Source of the DNA: a virus
Taxonomy: Duplodnaviria > Heunggongvirae > Uroviricota > Caudoviricetes
Direction: 5' to 3' (one strand)
Virus record (IMG/VR): IMGVR_UViG_3300021387_000463
Location: 235,001-299,000 of that record
DNA: 64,000 nt
Shown here in pieces: positions 28,271 through 38,180 of this stretch. The notes under the pieces are model-generated. The model ran no database searches, had not been told where the DNA came from, and saw only the letters and a list, made by a program, of their open reading frames with translations. The first letter of the stretch is position 1. Each line of letters begins with the position of its first letter. The translations under genes and the position numbers were made by a program.

Positions 28271-28978
28271 TCATACCTCTTCAAAGTTACCATCATCGTG
28301 TAGTAGTATAGGTTTTCTACAATCAATGCAAGCAAATTCCCTTGTAATTATTGGGTGTTCATCTTGCTGACTATGGCCAAATACTTGGAAATCCCAAGGT
28401 AGTTCCTCATTGATGGTTGGTCTACATTCGGTAACGTCATTCCATACAATGCTGCCATACCTATCATATCCACCTCTTGCCCAAGATGCTTCACACAGTG
28501 CTCTAATACCATCTGGAATTTCTAACAAATGGTTCAATCCATTCACACTGAGTTCACCAATAAGTTTCTCGTGAGCATCATACCAACCTTTCTGAAGTCC
28601 AGCGTGCGTAAAGAGATATCTCTTGTCACCAACCAACTCTTCGTGTGCCAATTGGAAGAATGAACGATGTGAACGAAACATTTCCTCAATATGGTAGGCA
28701 TTGCTTGAGTCATATCTTGACCTCACGGTATAGTTCCTTTTGTCGATATATGCAAGGTCGTGATTGCCAACAAAGAGAACAACCTTATCCTTATTTTCAG
28801 CCTTGAAATCAATAATCTCTTGGAAATTAACTATAGCATCCTTCCTTGTGATACCCTCCCAAGGATAGGGGTCAAGCATATCTCCAATGAATATGATTCT
28901 ATCAACCTTATCTTTATATTCTTCCACAGCTTTTTTCCAAAAACTCCTGCCGTGAATGTCTCCAATTAAAAGTAACAT
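28271..28978 (-). CDS. calcineurin-like metallophosphoesterase
   Basis: GDIHG, GDMLD, GNHD, THAG and GHS motifs. Confidence 0.92.
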   Translation of the reverse strand: MLLLIGDIHGRSFWKKAVEEYKDKVDRIIFIGDMLDPYPWEGITRKDAIVNFQEIIDFKAENKDKVVLFVGNHDLAYIDKRNYTVRSRYDSSNAYHIEEMFRSHRSFFQLAHEELVGDKRYLFTHAGLQKGWYDAHEKLIGELSVNGLNHLLEIPDGIRALCEASWARGGYDRYGSIVWNDVTECRPTINEELPWDFQVFGHSQQDEHPIITREFACIDCRKPILLHDDGNFEEV

Positions 28979-28993
28979 CTATTATCCTCCTTT

Positions 28994-29377
28994 TCAATCA
29001 TCAACTATTATACAGTTATCAATATGTTTATCCTTGAAATAAGAGAATAGAAGGTTTGTTATGTCAAAGGCTTCATATGTATTTATCCTCAATGGATACC
29101 TGATAAAGTAATCCCTAACAACCCATTCAACAAGTTTGGTGTTTCTGTTGCGATTTCTTAACTCAGTCTCAAAATAGCTAATCATGCATTGTTTGTGACA
29201 AAGTACCTTTGCTTCACGATACTGTCCTTTCACATACATGTGTGAACCATCATACTTTGCTATCCTATACATATAGGCAACTAGCTTATCGTAGTAACCC
29301 ATAATCTTCATAAACTTGATGTACTCTAGTACAATTTCCCTTCTAGTCTTCTTCCTAGGTTTATCTGTCCACCTCAT
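28994..29377 (-). CDS. hypothetical protein (EYIKFMKIMG family)
   Basis: Paralog of 29408-29779. Confidence 0.7.
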   Translation of the reverse strand: MRWTDKPRKKTRREIVLEYIKFMKIMGYYDKLVAYMYRIAKYDGSHMYVKGQYREAKVLCHKQCMISYFETELRNRNRNTKLVEWVVRDYFIRYPLRINTYEAFDITNLLFSYFKDKHIDNCIIVDD

Positions 29378-29407
29378 GTTTTCATATCTTGGGGGCTTTT
29401 AAATTGT

Positions 29408-29779
29408 TTAACGTATTAACTTAATATATCTCGAATAACCTTTATCTTTCAAGCAAGATAAGAACAAATCAGCTAGTATATCAGAGTTTTCAAACGGTTT
29501 TGAATAATAATCTTCAAATAAATATACTCTCTTGATAAAGCCATCATTCAATGTATAAAAGTACGTTCCCATATCTTTTGCATACTTATAGAAAGAACCA
29601 CTCATAAAATATTTTGAAATACTAGTTGTGGAATTCCTATTTGGCTCTGAAAAGTAGCAAGAAGTATTATCTTTAAAGAACAATTTGCAAATATTTGGGA
29701 ATATTCCCATTATTTTCGCAAATTTAATGAATTCACGTGTAACTGTATCAATATAAATTGCTTTAGCCCTCTTTGACAT
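29408..29779 (-). CDS. hypothetical protein (EFIKFAKIMG family)
   Basis: Start MSKRAK; paralog of 28994-29377. Confidence 0.7.
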   Translation of the reverse strand: MSKRAKAIYIDTVTREFIKFAKIMGIFPNICKLFFKDNTSCYFSEPNRNSTTSISKYFMSGSFYKYAKDMGTYFYTLNDGFIKRVYLFEDYYSKPFENSDILADLFLSCLKDKGYSRYIKLIR

Positions 29780-30394
29780 TATATTTACTCTTAAGAAGTT
29801 GAAGTTGTATCTTTGCATTCAGCTCTTCCCATGATATTGGTTCGTAGTTGTTGTTATCCACACCAACATCGTACTGCATTGGATATGTATGTACTAATCG
29901 TGGTAGGTCTTGGCCTTTTTTGTCTGGACCACTGTGTACGTGTCCATAGCACTGATACACTAGTTTCTTCGGTTCACGATATACACCAGCATAACAAAGG
30001 AATGGGAAGTGATTAAGCCAAAGCTTTCTACCCTCAACCTCTATCAGCATTTGCCAAGTAACATGCTTAAACAGCTCTTGCTCTGCTGTTGTAGACATGT
30101 TCTTTTGGTCGTGATTACCTTTAATCAGTATAATATCTCCGTTCAGTTGCTCTCTAATTTTCTTCCAAAACTCATACCCACCCCATGCAAAATCACCGAG
30201 GTGGAATACAAGTCCATCGGCTGGTACTTTCTTGTTCCAAGCTTCGATTAACTTGTAATCCATTTCCTCAATGTCCTTAAATGGACGGTCACAGAACTTA
30301 ATTATATTTGAATGTCCGAAATGAGTACCTAGGTGTCGGAGGTGAAAAACACCTCCGACCCATCATTATATTTAAAGTCTACCTTTGTTGACAT
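29763..30394 (-). CDS. calcineurin-like metallophosphoesterase, interrupted after codon 21 (candidate translational bypass, else pseudogene)
   Basis: ATG at 30394 reads MSTKVDFKYNDGSEVFFTSDT-TAG. Eight nt on, the frame resumes (T)HFGHSNIIKFCDRPF...FHLGDF...GNHD...HFP...GHVH. All other motifs are intact. Confidence 0.85.
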
Positions 30395-30486
30395 ATTTTA
30401 TTAATTTAATTATCAATTAATTATTCACATTTTAGCAAATATATAAAAATTATTCTTCATTTCCAAATTTATAGGGTTAAAAAAAA

Positions 30487-31272
30487 CTAAAGCGATTTTT
30501 TATGAGTTTCGTACCATATTTTCTTATATTCTTTTATTTTTTCTCTATTCGCATTTTGGTACTTTTTCATATATTCTTTTCTTTCCTCTTTACGCTTTAG
30601 ATAACGCTCTTTTTCGTATTGTTTTATTTTTTCTTTGTTATTTCTGCGATATGTTTTACTTTTTTCTAACAGTTCCTTTTTATTATCTTGATAATATTCA
30701 TGACATCTTGTTTTGTTTGATTCCTTTAATTCTTCCTTATGGATTTTGTAGTATTTTTTTTGATATGATTTTTCTTCTTCTTTGTGGCTATCATACCATT
30801 TTTTCCTATACTCCTTTATTGCCTCTTTGTGGCTTTCTTTATATTTTCTACTATTTTTATTGCATTTTTCTTTATTCCTATTGTAATAGTCTCTAGCCCA
30901 AAGTAACATTTCTTTTTTATGTTCTTTGAACCATTTTTTCTTTAGTCCTTCACGTTCTTCCTCAGTTAATTTTGAAAGTTTTCCTACTTGACCACCTTTC
31001 AGTTTATTTAAAACATCATAAGGGCTATTTTCTTTGTATTCATTTATCCAATACTTTTCTCGTTCAATACCTTCCTCTACAGTTAAATCATTCTCAATTA
31101 TAATCATCTTAGGATGTTCAACGTGATGTTCACTACTGAATTGATAAGTTCTTTCGGTTGGAATATGTCTATGTTGGTAGTGTCTGCTTTTTGGGTTAAC
31201 AGTTCTACCAACATAGACAGTATTAAATTCTTCCCACAAATAAATGTAAATATTGTCTCTTTTTTCACTCAT
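30487..31272 (-). CDS. GIY-YIG-like homing endonuclease with Lys/Glu/Tyr-rich repeat tail
   Basis: YIYLWEEFNTVYVGRT...R..QH...EREKYWI...N, followed by ~15-aa KYY/HKEE helical repeats; very AT-rich. Confidence 0.75.
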   Translation of the reverse strand: MSEKRDNIYIYLWEEFNTVYVGRTVNPKSRHYQHRHIPTERTYQFSSEHHVEHPKMIIIENDLTVEEGIEREKYWINEYKENSPYDVLNKLKGGQVGKLSKLTEEEREGLKKKWFKEHKKEMLLWARDYYNRNKEKCNKNSRKYKESHKEAIKEYRKKWYDSHKEEEKSYQKKYYKIHKEELKESNKTRCHEYYQDNKKELLEKSKTYRRNNKEKIKQYEKERYLKRKEERKEYMKKYQNANREKIKEYKKIWYETHKKSL

Positions 31273-31323
31273 AATAATACCGTTTTATTATAAATATCAT
31301 AATAAATGAAAAAGTCGCATTTT

Positions 31324-32184
31324 TCACAAAAGTATTTTTAAGTCCTCTATATTCAGTGGATTATCTATAACCTCCATTGAGCCATCCTTGTATGTGACGA
31401 ATACTGTTTTATCTTCATTCATTGTAATTTTTTCCACTTTATCCTTCTCAATGTCCTTGTGCATGTATGTAAAGAAACATTTTGAAAGGAACATTACATC
31501 ATAAACTGACAATGGCGTTATGGTATTCTCAGAACCATCTTCCAATATTCTATCAAACTCCTTGTCTCTAATGGCGCAAGACTGGACGTAATTATCCATG
31601 AAAGTTTCCCACTTAAACTGCAAAATAGGTAACGTAGAGTCATTTACAATAATTTTATTCCAACAATCGTTCCATGTGATAGATGTCTCAGATTCATGAT
31701 TTGAGATATTATCGAGGGTTGTGCGTGTGATAAACCAACAATCCCCACCAAGTTCCTCAATCAATGCCTTTTCATTTGGGAATCTTACATCATCAATAAC
31801 ATAATTTTTTTCTTTATCAATCATTTGGCGTATCTTGTTTACGTGCCAATCCGTATCGTATTTCCTTATTAGGTCTGTTCCAATGAATTGTAACATATGT
31901 CTAACATCCTTTATTACGACACAATTACAAGTTTTTGTTACAATATCGATTGGAATTCCAGTCTCATCAGCAAGTATCTCGCACATATCCTTACCGATTG
32001 TAACACCAATATCATATTTTTCTGCTTTTGCCTTATTCAGTTCATCTAGAGAAATATCCAATAAATCAGCACATAATTGCTTTAACGGCAAAGCAAAATA
32101 GATTCGTTCATAACCAAATCTCTCACATATTTTTGCTAGTTCAGTCTTCCCTGACCTAGCTCTGCCAGCAATACCGATTATCAT
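31324..32184 (-). CDS. deoxynucleoside monophosphate kinase (T4 gp1-like)
   Basis: IIGIAGRARSGKT...FALPLK...RHMLQFIGTD...IDDVRFPNE...HESE. Confidence 0.9.
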   Translation of the reverse strand: MIIGIAGRARSGKTELAKICERFGYERIYFALPLKQLCADLLDISLDELNKAKAEKYDIGVTIGKDMCEILADETGIPIDIVTKTCNCVVIKDVRHMLQFIGTDLIRKYDTDWHVNKIRQMIDKEKNYVIDDVRFPNEKALIEELGGDCWFITRTTLDNISNHESETSITWNDCWNKIIVNDSTLPILQFKWETFMDNYVQSCAIRDKEFDRILEDGSENTITPLSVYDVMFLSKCFFTYMHKDIEKDKVEKITMNEDKTVFVTYKDGSMEVIDNPLNIEDLKILL

Positions 32185-32186
32185 AT

Positions 32187-32489
32187 TTACTTATCTTCTA
32201 ATGTCTTATTAATAATGTCAGTTAAATCCTTCAATGGCACATTTCCCATAAGTTTATAAATGACATCACCATTTTCATCAGCAAGAATGGTGGTTGGCAC
32301 TGACCTAATATTGTATTTCTCCACCAATATCTCCCCATCTTCATCATTCTCAATGTCGATGGTCTTAAACTCAATACCCTTGTATTCCTCCATTTCAGAT
32401 GCCTTTTTAAAAGTGTCAGCATACACACGGCAAGGCCCACACCAAGTGGCTGAAAATTTTATAACCGTTTTTGTCTTGTTCTCATTCAT
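32187..32489 (-). CDS. trxA: thioredoxin
   Basis: KFSATWCGPC and cis-Pro loop IRSVPT. Confidence 0.93.
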   Translation of the reverse strand: MNENKTKTVIKFSATWCGPCRVYADTFKKASEMEEYKGIEFKTIDIENDEDGEILVEKYNIRSVPTTILADENGDVIYKLMGNVPLKDLTDIINKTLEDK

Positions 32490-34273
32490 TTCTTTTTATT
32501 TTTTAATAAACTTGAGAAAGCATTGACCTTTCTCTTATTATTAGTAGTTGTTTTAAAATCTATTGTTGAACTAGTAAATATTTTCTTATCTATTTTTTTG
32601 GCATTCGCAACAATTGTTTTTGCTGTTTCCTCATTGATGATAACCTTCGTAGTCTTACCCAACACTCTGTTTACTTGATATTCGATTCTCCTTAAGGTTG
32701 CAATACTATTAACATTGGATGTATCGAATTTTTCAAAATCTTTCTCATCGATGAAACCCAATATGTTCTTTGCCCTCGTATAAGCCACGTACATAAGGTT
32801 GTATTCTTGGCGAATCTCCCAATCCTTCTTAGCAGATTTGCTTGGCATCAATGATTCGCAAGCGATAAACACATTGTTGGCTTCCAATCCCTTTGCCTTG
32901 TGGATGGTTGACAGAGAAATACCATCTTTCTTGTCTCTCTTTGGGAAAATCTCATCAATCTTCTCGATTATTTCCTCAGATGTGTTAATTCCTTCAGCAA
33001 GTATCTCAAGAGCGTTTATCATATCGATTTTATTCTGCAACTGAGGGGAATTTATCGCTGTCTCAGCATCAATACCGAACTTTTCCATCAACTTATTCCT
33101 AGAGACAAACAAATCATCATAAAGTCTTACAAATACGCCATCTTCTTTACAATCTGCATTCAGCTTTTCTTGTTTTGTGCTCTTAACAATCGCTTTGAGG
33201 TTGTTACCAATGTCTTTTCCCCTTATATATGCCTTTTTACCGAGTTTCAAGAACTCATTGTATATCTGTACCAGTGGCGCGTTATTCCTACACAGAATCA
33301 TATCACCATCTTTAACCATATCCAATGAAACATTCTTTACAATTTGACCATCTACTGCATTATCAGCAGCCTCAATTGTAGGCACTAATTTCTTGGCAAA
33401 ATCAACAATATTCTTACCGCATCTGTACGAGATACTTAATGGAAGACACTTTGTGTTTGGAATTGATTTGAGGGCATTAAACGATTCTGGGTCACCCCCA
33501 CTGAATGCATAGAGCATTTGCTGGGAATCTCCAACCGATATCATTCTTGTGCCCATTTTGAAGCATTTAAGCACCAACTCCCTTTCTGCCTTATTCATAT
33601 CTTGACACTCGTCAACCATTATAAAGTCATATAAGAGTCCTAGAGGCTTTAAAAAGAGTACGTTAGGCAACCATACCATGTCGGTGTAATCAATCGTTTC
33701 TAGGGCATTTTTACCCCATTCCATGACTTGCAAGGCAACCTCCTTTTCATCTGCGATTGTGTCGATTCCATATCTATCCTCTATAAAGTCCAAATCCTTT
33801 ACTGTTTGACAAAGATAGTATCTTCCAAAGTCAACATACTTCTTGATATTGTCGAGGTATCTGAAATATTCCCTACCCCTTAACGTAAACAAGTTGATTG
33901 ATGTGTATTCTCTGATATTGTTCTTGATGTGAGAATCATATTTGAATGGTTCTGGAATTGCACTCACTTGTGGTATGTTTTTCTTTATGAACAGCAACCC
34001 AAGTCCATGAAGGGTTCTAACATCAACGTTTTCCTTGTCCTTTGTTTTCTTCTTTAGTTCATTTACAATATCTGTGTTGAAAGCAGTTAGTAACACCTTA
34101 CTATTCTCAGGAATGAAATCCAAGCACTTAACGAGTGTTGTAGATTTACCACTTCCAGCTGCTGCTTCAACTACTAGATGTCCTTGGTCGTGCTCAATCC
34201 AATCATAAATCGCCAATTGATATTTTGACCAAGGGTATTCTACTTTTTCAACTTCTTTCTTTTTTCTAGTCAT
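32486..34273 (-). CDS. UvrD/Rep-like SF1 helicase
   Basis: AAAGSGKST, VDECQD, VGDSQQ, SYRC, STIHKAKGLE, YVAYTRAK. Confidence 0.93.
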   Translation of the reverse strand: MTRKKKEVEKVEYPWSKYQLAIYDWIEHDQGHLVVEAAAGSGKSTTLVKCLDFIPENSKVLLTAFNTDIVNELKKKTKDKENVDVRTLHGLGLLFIKKNIPQVSAIPEPFKYDSHIKNNIREYTSINLFTLRGREYFRYLDNIKKYVDFGRYYLCQTVKDLDFIEDRYGIDTIADEKEVALQVMEWGKNALETIDYTDMVWLPNVLFLKPLGLLYDFIMVDECQDMNKAERELVLKCFKMGTRMISVGDSQQMLYAFSGGDPESFNALKSIPNTKCLPLSISYRCGKNIVDFAKKLVPTIEAADNAVDGQIVKNVSLDMVKDGDMILCRNNAPLVQIYNEFLKLGKKAYIRGKDIGNNLKAIVKSTKQEKLNADCKEDGVFVRLYDDLFVSRNKLMEKFGIDAETAINSPQLQNKIDMINALEILAEGINTSEEIIEKIDEIFPKRDKKDGISLSTIHKAKGLEANNVFIACESLMPSKSAKKDWEIRQEYNLMYVAYTRAKNILGFIDEKDFEKFDTSNVNSIATLRRIEYQVNRVLGKTTKVIINEETAKTIVANAKKIDKKIFTSSTIDFKTTTNNKRKVNAFSSLLKNKKK

Positions 34274-34373
34274 TTAACATCTTTTTGCAAAGATATATAA
34301 AAAATGTTAGAAAAACAAAAAAGTGGGGAAGATTTTTTGTTCTACCCCACTTTTTATTTGGATTATTTACCTT

Positions 34374-35240
34374 TTAGCTCTCTTCTTCAAGACCACCGAG
34401 GAAGTTCTTCACGTATGAACGGAACTGAGGATTCTTCTTGTAGGTAGTCTTCATCTTGTTGATGAAGTTGGCAACCTTTGGGTCATTCTCAAGTTCCTCA
34501 ATCTGAGCTTCCATCTGCTTCTGCTCGTTCTCTCTGCGTTTCACTGCTTGCATGCGCTTGTCCTTTTCCTCAAGGAATCTAACAAGTGATGCCTTTTGAG
34601 CATTCACAGTGTCAATCTCGCTGTCCCACAAGTGCTTATTGATAATCTTAACAAGTTCTTCACGTCCCATCAATGCGAAAGGAGAAGTATGAGTCTCCTC
34701 TTGACGTGGGCGTTCAGCGTGCGGTACAGGACGCTGTGGACGTGGCTGTGGCTCTCTATTAAGACCTAAATCACGCTCAACTTTTTCACGCAAGAAAGGA
34801 GGTAAGTTTTCTGGGTTAAAACCACGTGGAGACTTTGGCATACCATAAGGGTTGCGAGGAGGTCTTGGCATTCCCATTGGGGGACGAGTAAACGGACTTG
34901 GCTGTGGCTCACGTCTTTCCTCGTCTTCAAACTCAGGTTCTAGCTCACGCATTACATGAGGATTAACGTTGTTGTAGTCCACAAGCGGAGTCTCTTCAAT
35001 TGGCTTAATTTCAATAGCGAAGCCTAACACCATGAATACCTTAATCAAGGTCTCGATGCTGATGTTCTCACCGTTTCCGTCCAAGATGTCGTAAATCTCG
35101 TCAACATCTACACCAATAACGTCAGCAAGCTCCTCTGGAGAAGAATCGTTTTCGTTTAACAGATTCTCTACCTTTTCCATAATGTCAGCACTATATTGTT
35201 CAATCCAATTTTTAGCTGCGATTTCAAAATTTTTATCCAT
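34374..35240 (-). CDS. XRE-type HTH protein with Pro/Arg-rich linker
   Basis: SPEELADVIGVDVDEIYDILDGNGENISIETLIKV HTH pattern. Confidence 0.7.
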   Translation of the reverse strand: MDKNFEIAAKNWIEQYSADIMEKVENLLNENDSSPEELADVIGVDVDEIYDILDGNGENISIETLIKVFMVLGFAIEIKPIEETPLVDYNNVNPHVMRELEPEFEDEERREPQPSPFTRPPMGMPRPPRNPYGMPKSPRGFNPENLPPFLREKVERDLGLNREPQPRPQRPVPHAERPRQEETHTSPFALMGREELVKIINKHLWDSEIDTVNAQKASLVRFLEEKDKRMQAVKRRENEQKQMEAQIEELENDPKVANFINKMKTTYKKNPQFRSYVKNFLGGLEEES

Positions 35241-35322
35241 TTTTACTTGTTTAAATTATTATACGATGCAAAGATATTAAAAAAAAGTGAAATAACCAAA
35301 TTTTTTAGCATTTTTTAAACTA

Positions 35323-36366
35323 TTATTCATCATATTTATGTGCTTGTTTTTTTAATGTGTCAAGAATCTTCTCAAAAATTGGTATGAGTATATCATATGC
35401 AATTGATTGATGATGATAAGGAGACAAATTAAATGTGGTACACGTACTTTTAAATGCACTTAAGAAATACACGTAGTTACAAGCGAGTTCCTTCATAGGT
35501 TCTATACTAGCACCTATACCATTATATAAGCAATGGTCAAAATCATCAACATATACATTGTCATATAAGATGCAGTGACTACCAAATATCAGATACATAT
35601 TCTTCCTAGCATCCTTTCCGATGTCTGAAAAATCAACACCATTTAAATCCCCAACACCAAACTGTAACGGATTTACTGTACTATAATCATTGAGATTATC
35701 ATCACTCTTTATAAAGTTCAAGGTAAAATCAAATGCTTCCTCTGGTTTAACTGGTCTATACCAAGCCCAATCATCTGAATATGTATTTTTGCCTACCTCT
35801 ACCATCTTATCATATATGGATTTATGTTCCATAATACAAACAAGTGATGCGTTATTGAATTCATACAAATTATCTTGGTACATTCTCTCCAAAAGCACTT
35901 GAACTTCATTGTTTGTGTCGTGCATTGTCATTTTCTTTGGCTCAAAGCCAAAAACCGTTTTCAGCATATTGATTCCCTTCTCATAATCTTCTACGGTTTC
36001 GTGGTGATACTTGTTTTCGTCCTTATCACCTTTTTTTATATCTTCTATGGCTTTTGTCATAGATTCAATCGAAAGCCCACTTTGGTCTGCCATAATATCA
36101 CAGAACTCATCAATTCCCATACCGACTTTCTCTCTAAAATACTGATGGTTGGCATCATCAACAACGTTCTCAATACCACCATAGTCGTTATATTTTCCAA
36201 AGAATGGCATAGCAACTGGTACTAGTCCACTAGATGTTATACCGATTGGCGTGTCATCCTTTCTATATTTGCTAGTATATGTGTCAGCACATACGAACAA
36301 TACAATCTCATCACCACAAGTGATTGGCAAGTGGCTGAAAAAACTTGTTTTGTTAAAACATCCCAT
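35323..36366 (-). CDS. phage protein (MGCFN...SHLPI..GD...GKYNDYG)
   Basis: Long ORF with an N-terminal motif common in phage hypothetical proteins. Confidence 0.75.
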   Translation of the reverse strand: MGCFNKTSFFSHLPITCGDEIVLFVCADTYTSKYRKDDTPIGITSSGLVPVAMPFFGKYNDYGGIENVVDDANHQYFREKVGMGIDEFCDIMADQSGLSIESMTKAIEDIKKGDKDENKYHHETVEDYEKGINMLKTVFGFEPKKMTMHDTNNEVQVLLERMYQDNLYEFNNASLVCIMEHKSIYDKMVEVGKNTYSDDWAWYRPVKPEEAFDFTLNFIKSDDNLNDYSTVNPLQFGVGDLNGVDFSDIGKDARKNMYLIFGSHCILYDNVYVDDFDHCLYNGIGASIEPMKELACNYVYFLSAFKSTCTTFNLSPYHHQSIAYDILIPIFEKILDTLKKQAHKYDE

Positions 36367-37630
36367 ATGCTTTTTTTCTAATTTCAATTAATAATTCATT
36401 AACAAACTCAACATCAATAGTTTCTTTGATTGTTGACTCTGCGATTGCCTTATCAAGAGCCTCCTTATCAGCATCCACCCTTGCCATAAGCTCATCATAC
36501 TCGAACTTGTGATTACGAATATTCATCAAGAACTCTCTATCCTCAGTACGATTTAGGATGATTCCACGACCCTCTGCGATTTCCTTACCCATGTGCATGA
36601 GACGAACACAATGCATCATGTTCTTTGAGTCATAGTTCTTGTCAAGGTTTGACTCATAACGCTTTGGGTTTCTGAATTTCTCCCAATCCTTGTACTCCTT
36701 GTACTTCTTGCAATGGTCTTTGAAACCACTCTCGTTGTAAACCATCCAACAGAGGGGAGTCTCACCTTTTGAAACAGATGAACCACGCATATCAGTTGAG
36801 GTCTCAAGACACATACCACGATAATGGATAATCTCATTGTGATTCTCGTACCAAGTTCTAAGCTGCTGCTTATTCTTGATACCGTAGAACTCCTTAATGA
36901 AAGCTCCAAGTTTGCGCTCCATTTCAGTAGTCCTACCATAACCAAACCAACCGAAGAGTATCAATCCAACTGGATTTGCTCCAAATGCAGCAAGCTCAAG
37001 CTTATCGTAGTTCATTCCATAATGGCTGAAATGAGCACCCCAATCGTAGTACACACCATAGGTATCGTGCATATTTGGGATATGTACGAGTCCACAGAAA
37101 TCCTTATTAAGCCCACGATTTGCAAGCCAATTACCAATCTTGGTACTACCTTGTTTATAGAATGTATAAGCAAAGTCAAACGGAGTAAGCCTCTCTGTAA
37201 CTGGATTAACTATCTTTTTGTTCAAGCCACGTGCCTTATGAATCTGCTCAATAGCATAAGATACGAATGGCTTAAAGCACTCCTTTGTGATGAATTGGTC
37301 TCTATTCTCGAATAGTGGCATGATAATGTCTGAAGGAGGTGTAATAACCTTATCCTCTGGGACAAACAAAGCCTCCAATACTGTTGGATTTGACTTCAAC
37401 AGCATGTTGCAGAACTTACCAACCTCATACCATGTGGTATCGTTTCTCTCATCAGAAACTTGGTCTGCATAATCCAATCCAAGACCCATTACTGCCTCCT
37501 TCGGAGCAATGAACACTGCACTAGTGTCAACGTCTGAGTCCTCGTTATTCAGTCCATAGAGGTGTGAACCACGAATATACTCATAGAGCAGTCTTTTATC
37601 GTCTGTAATTGTCTGAAAAGTATCTTTCAT
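36353..37630 (-). CDS. Pol-beta-superfamily nucleotidyltransferase (YcgL/RlaP/NrdC.11-like)
   Basis: RGSHLYGLNNEDSDVD...KSNPTVLEAL...YDSKNMMHCVRL. Confidence 0.88.
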   Translation of the reverse strand: MKDTFQTITDDKRLLYEYIRGSHLYGLNNEDSDVDTSAVFIAPKEAVMGLGLDYADQVSDERNDTTWYEVGKFCNMLLKSNPTVLEALFVPEDKVITPPSDIIMPLFENRDQFITKECFKPFVSYAIEQIHKARGLNKKIVNPVTERLTPFDFAYTFYKQGSTKIGNWLANRGLNKDFCGLVHIPNMHDTYGVYYDWGAHFSHYGMNYDKLELAAFGANPVGLILFGWFGYGRTTEMERKLGAFIKEFYGIKNKQQLRTWYENHNEIIHYRGMCLETSTDMRGSSVSKGETPLCWMVYNESGFKDHCKKYKEYKDWEKFRNPKRYESNLDKNYDSKNMMHCVRLMHMGKEIAEGRGIILNRTEDREFLMNIRNHKFEYDELMARVDADKEALDKAIAESTIKETIDVEFVNELLIEIRKKAYGMF

Positions 37631-37973
37631 TTCACTAAATGTATTTTATGATGCAAATATATGAAAAAAAATTGGATTAGCCAAAAACCAATCCAATTTT
37701 TAACTTTATTTAAGGAATACGATGCCTATATTCCTCTTCAGCTATTTCAGCTTCTTCCTCACATTTTTCCATGAATGGACAATATGAATGCGTCCATGTG
37801 CAGTCGCAAAATGACAGCATATCTCCAAAGCAACTAGGTTTACTGACCAACTTCATTATTTACATTTTCGTTAGTGCCATTATCATACCAACATTTTACA
37901 TACCAAGAACAGCCACCACATTTACACTTCATGATGGTTGATTTCTTAAAGCAATTAGGATAAGTTATGATTC

Positions 37974-38180
37974 TCATTGTGGTATTTTTTGAATAGCATC
38001 GTTAGTTAAAGGTATCTTGCAGTCAAGATACCCTTTCATTCTGTTGTATAGTCTTATACTCAGTTGACCGTCCTTAACTGATACGTTTTTCTCAGTCCAA
38101 TGTCTATCAACCTCATACCTTGCAACAACGGTATCACCATCCATGACATTGACAATTCCATTTACTTCCTTATACTTCAT
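37974..38180 (-). CDS. hypothetical protein
   Basis: 68 aa, ATGA-coupled. Confidence 0.6.
   Translation of the reverse strand: MKYKEVNGIVNVMDGDTVVARYEVDRHWTEKNVSVKDGQLSIRLYNRMKGYLDCKIPLTNDAIQKIPQ

Noticed and set aside
30324-30334. Self-splicing intron as the explanation for the phosphoesterase interruption
   Set aside because: Only 8 extra nucleotides are present, far too short for a group I or II intron.
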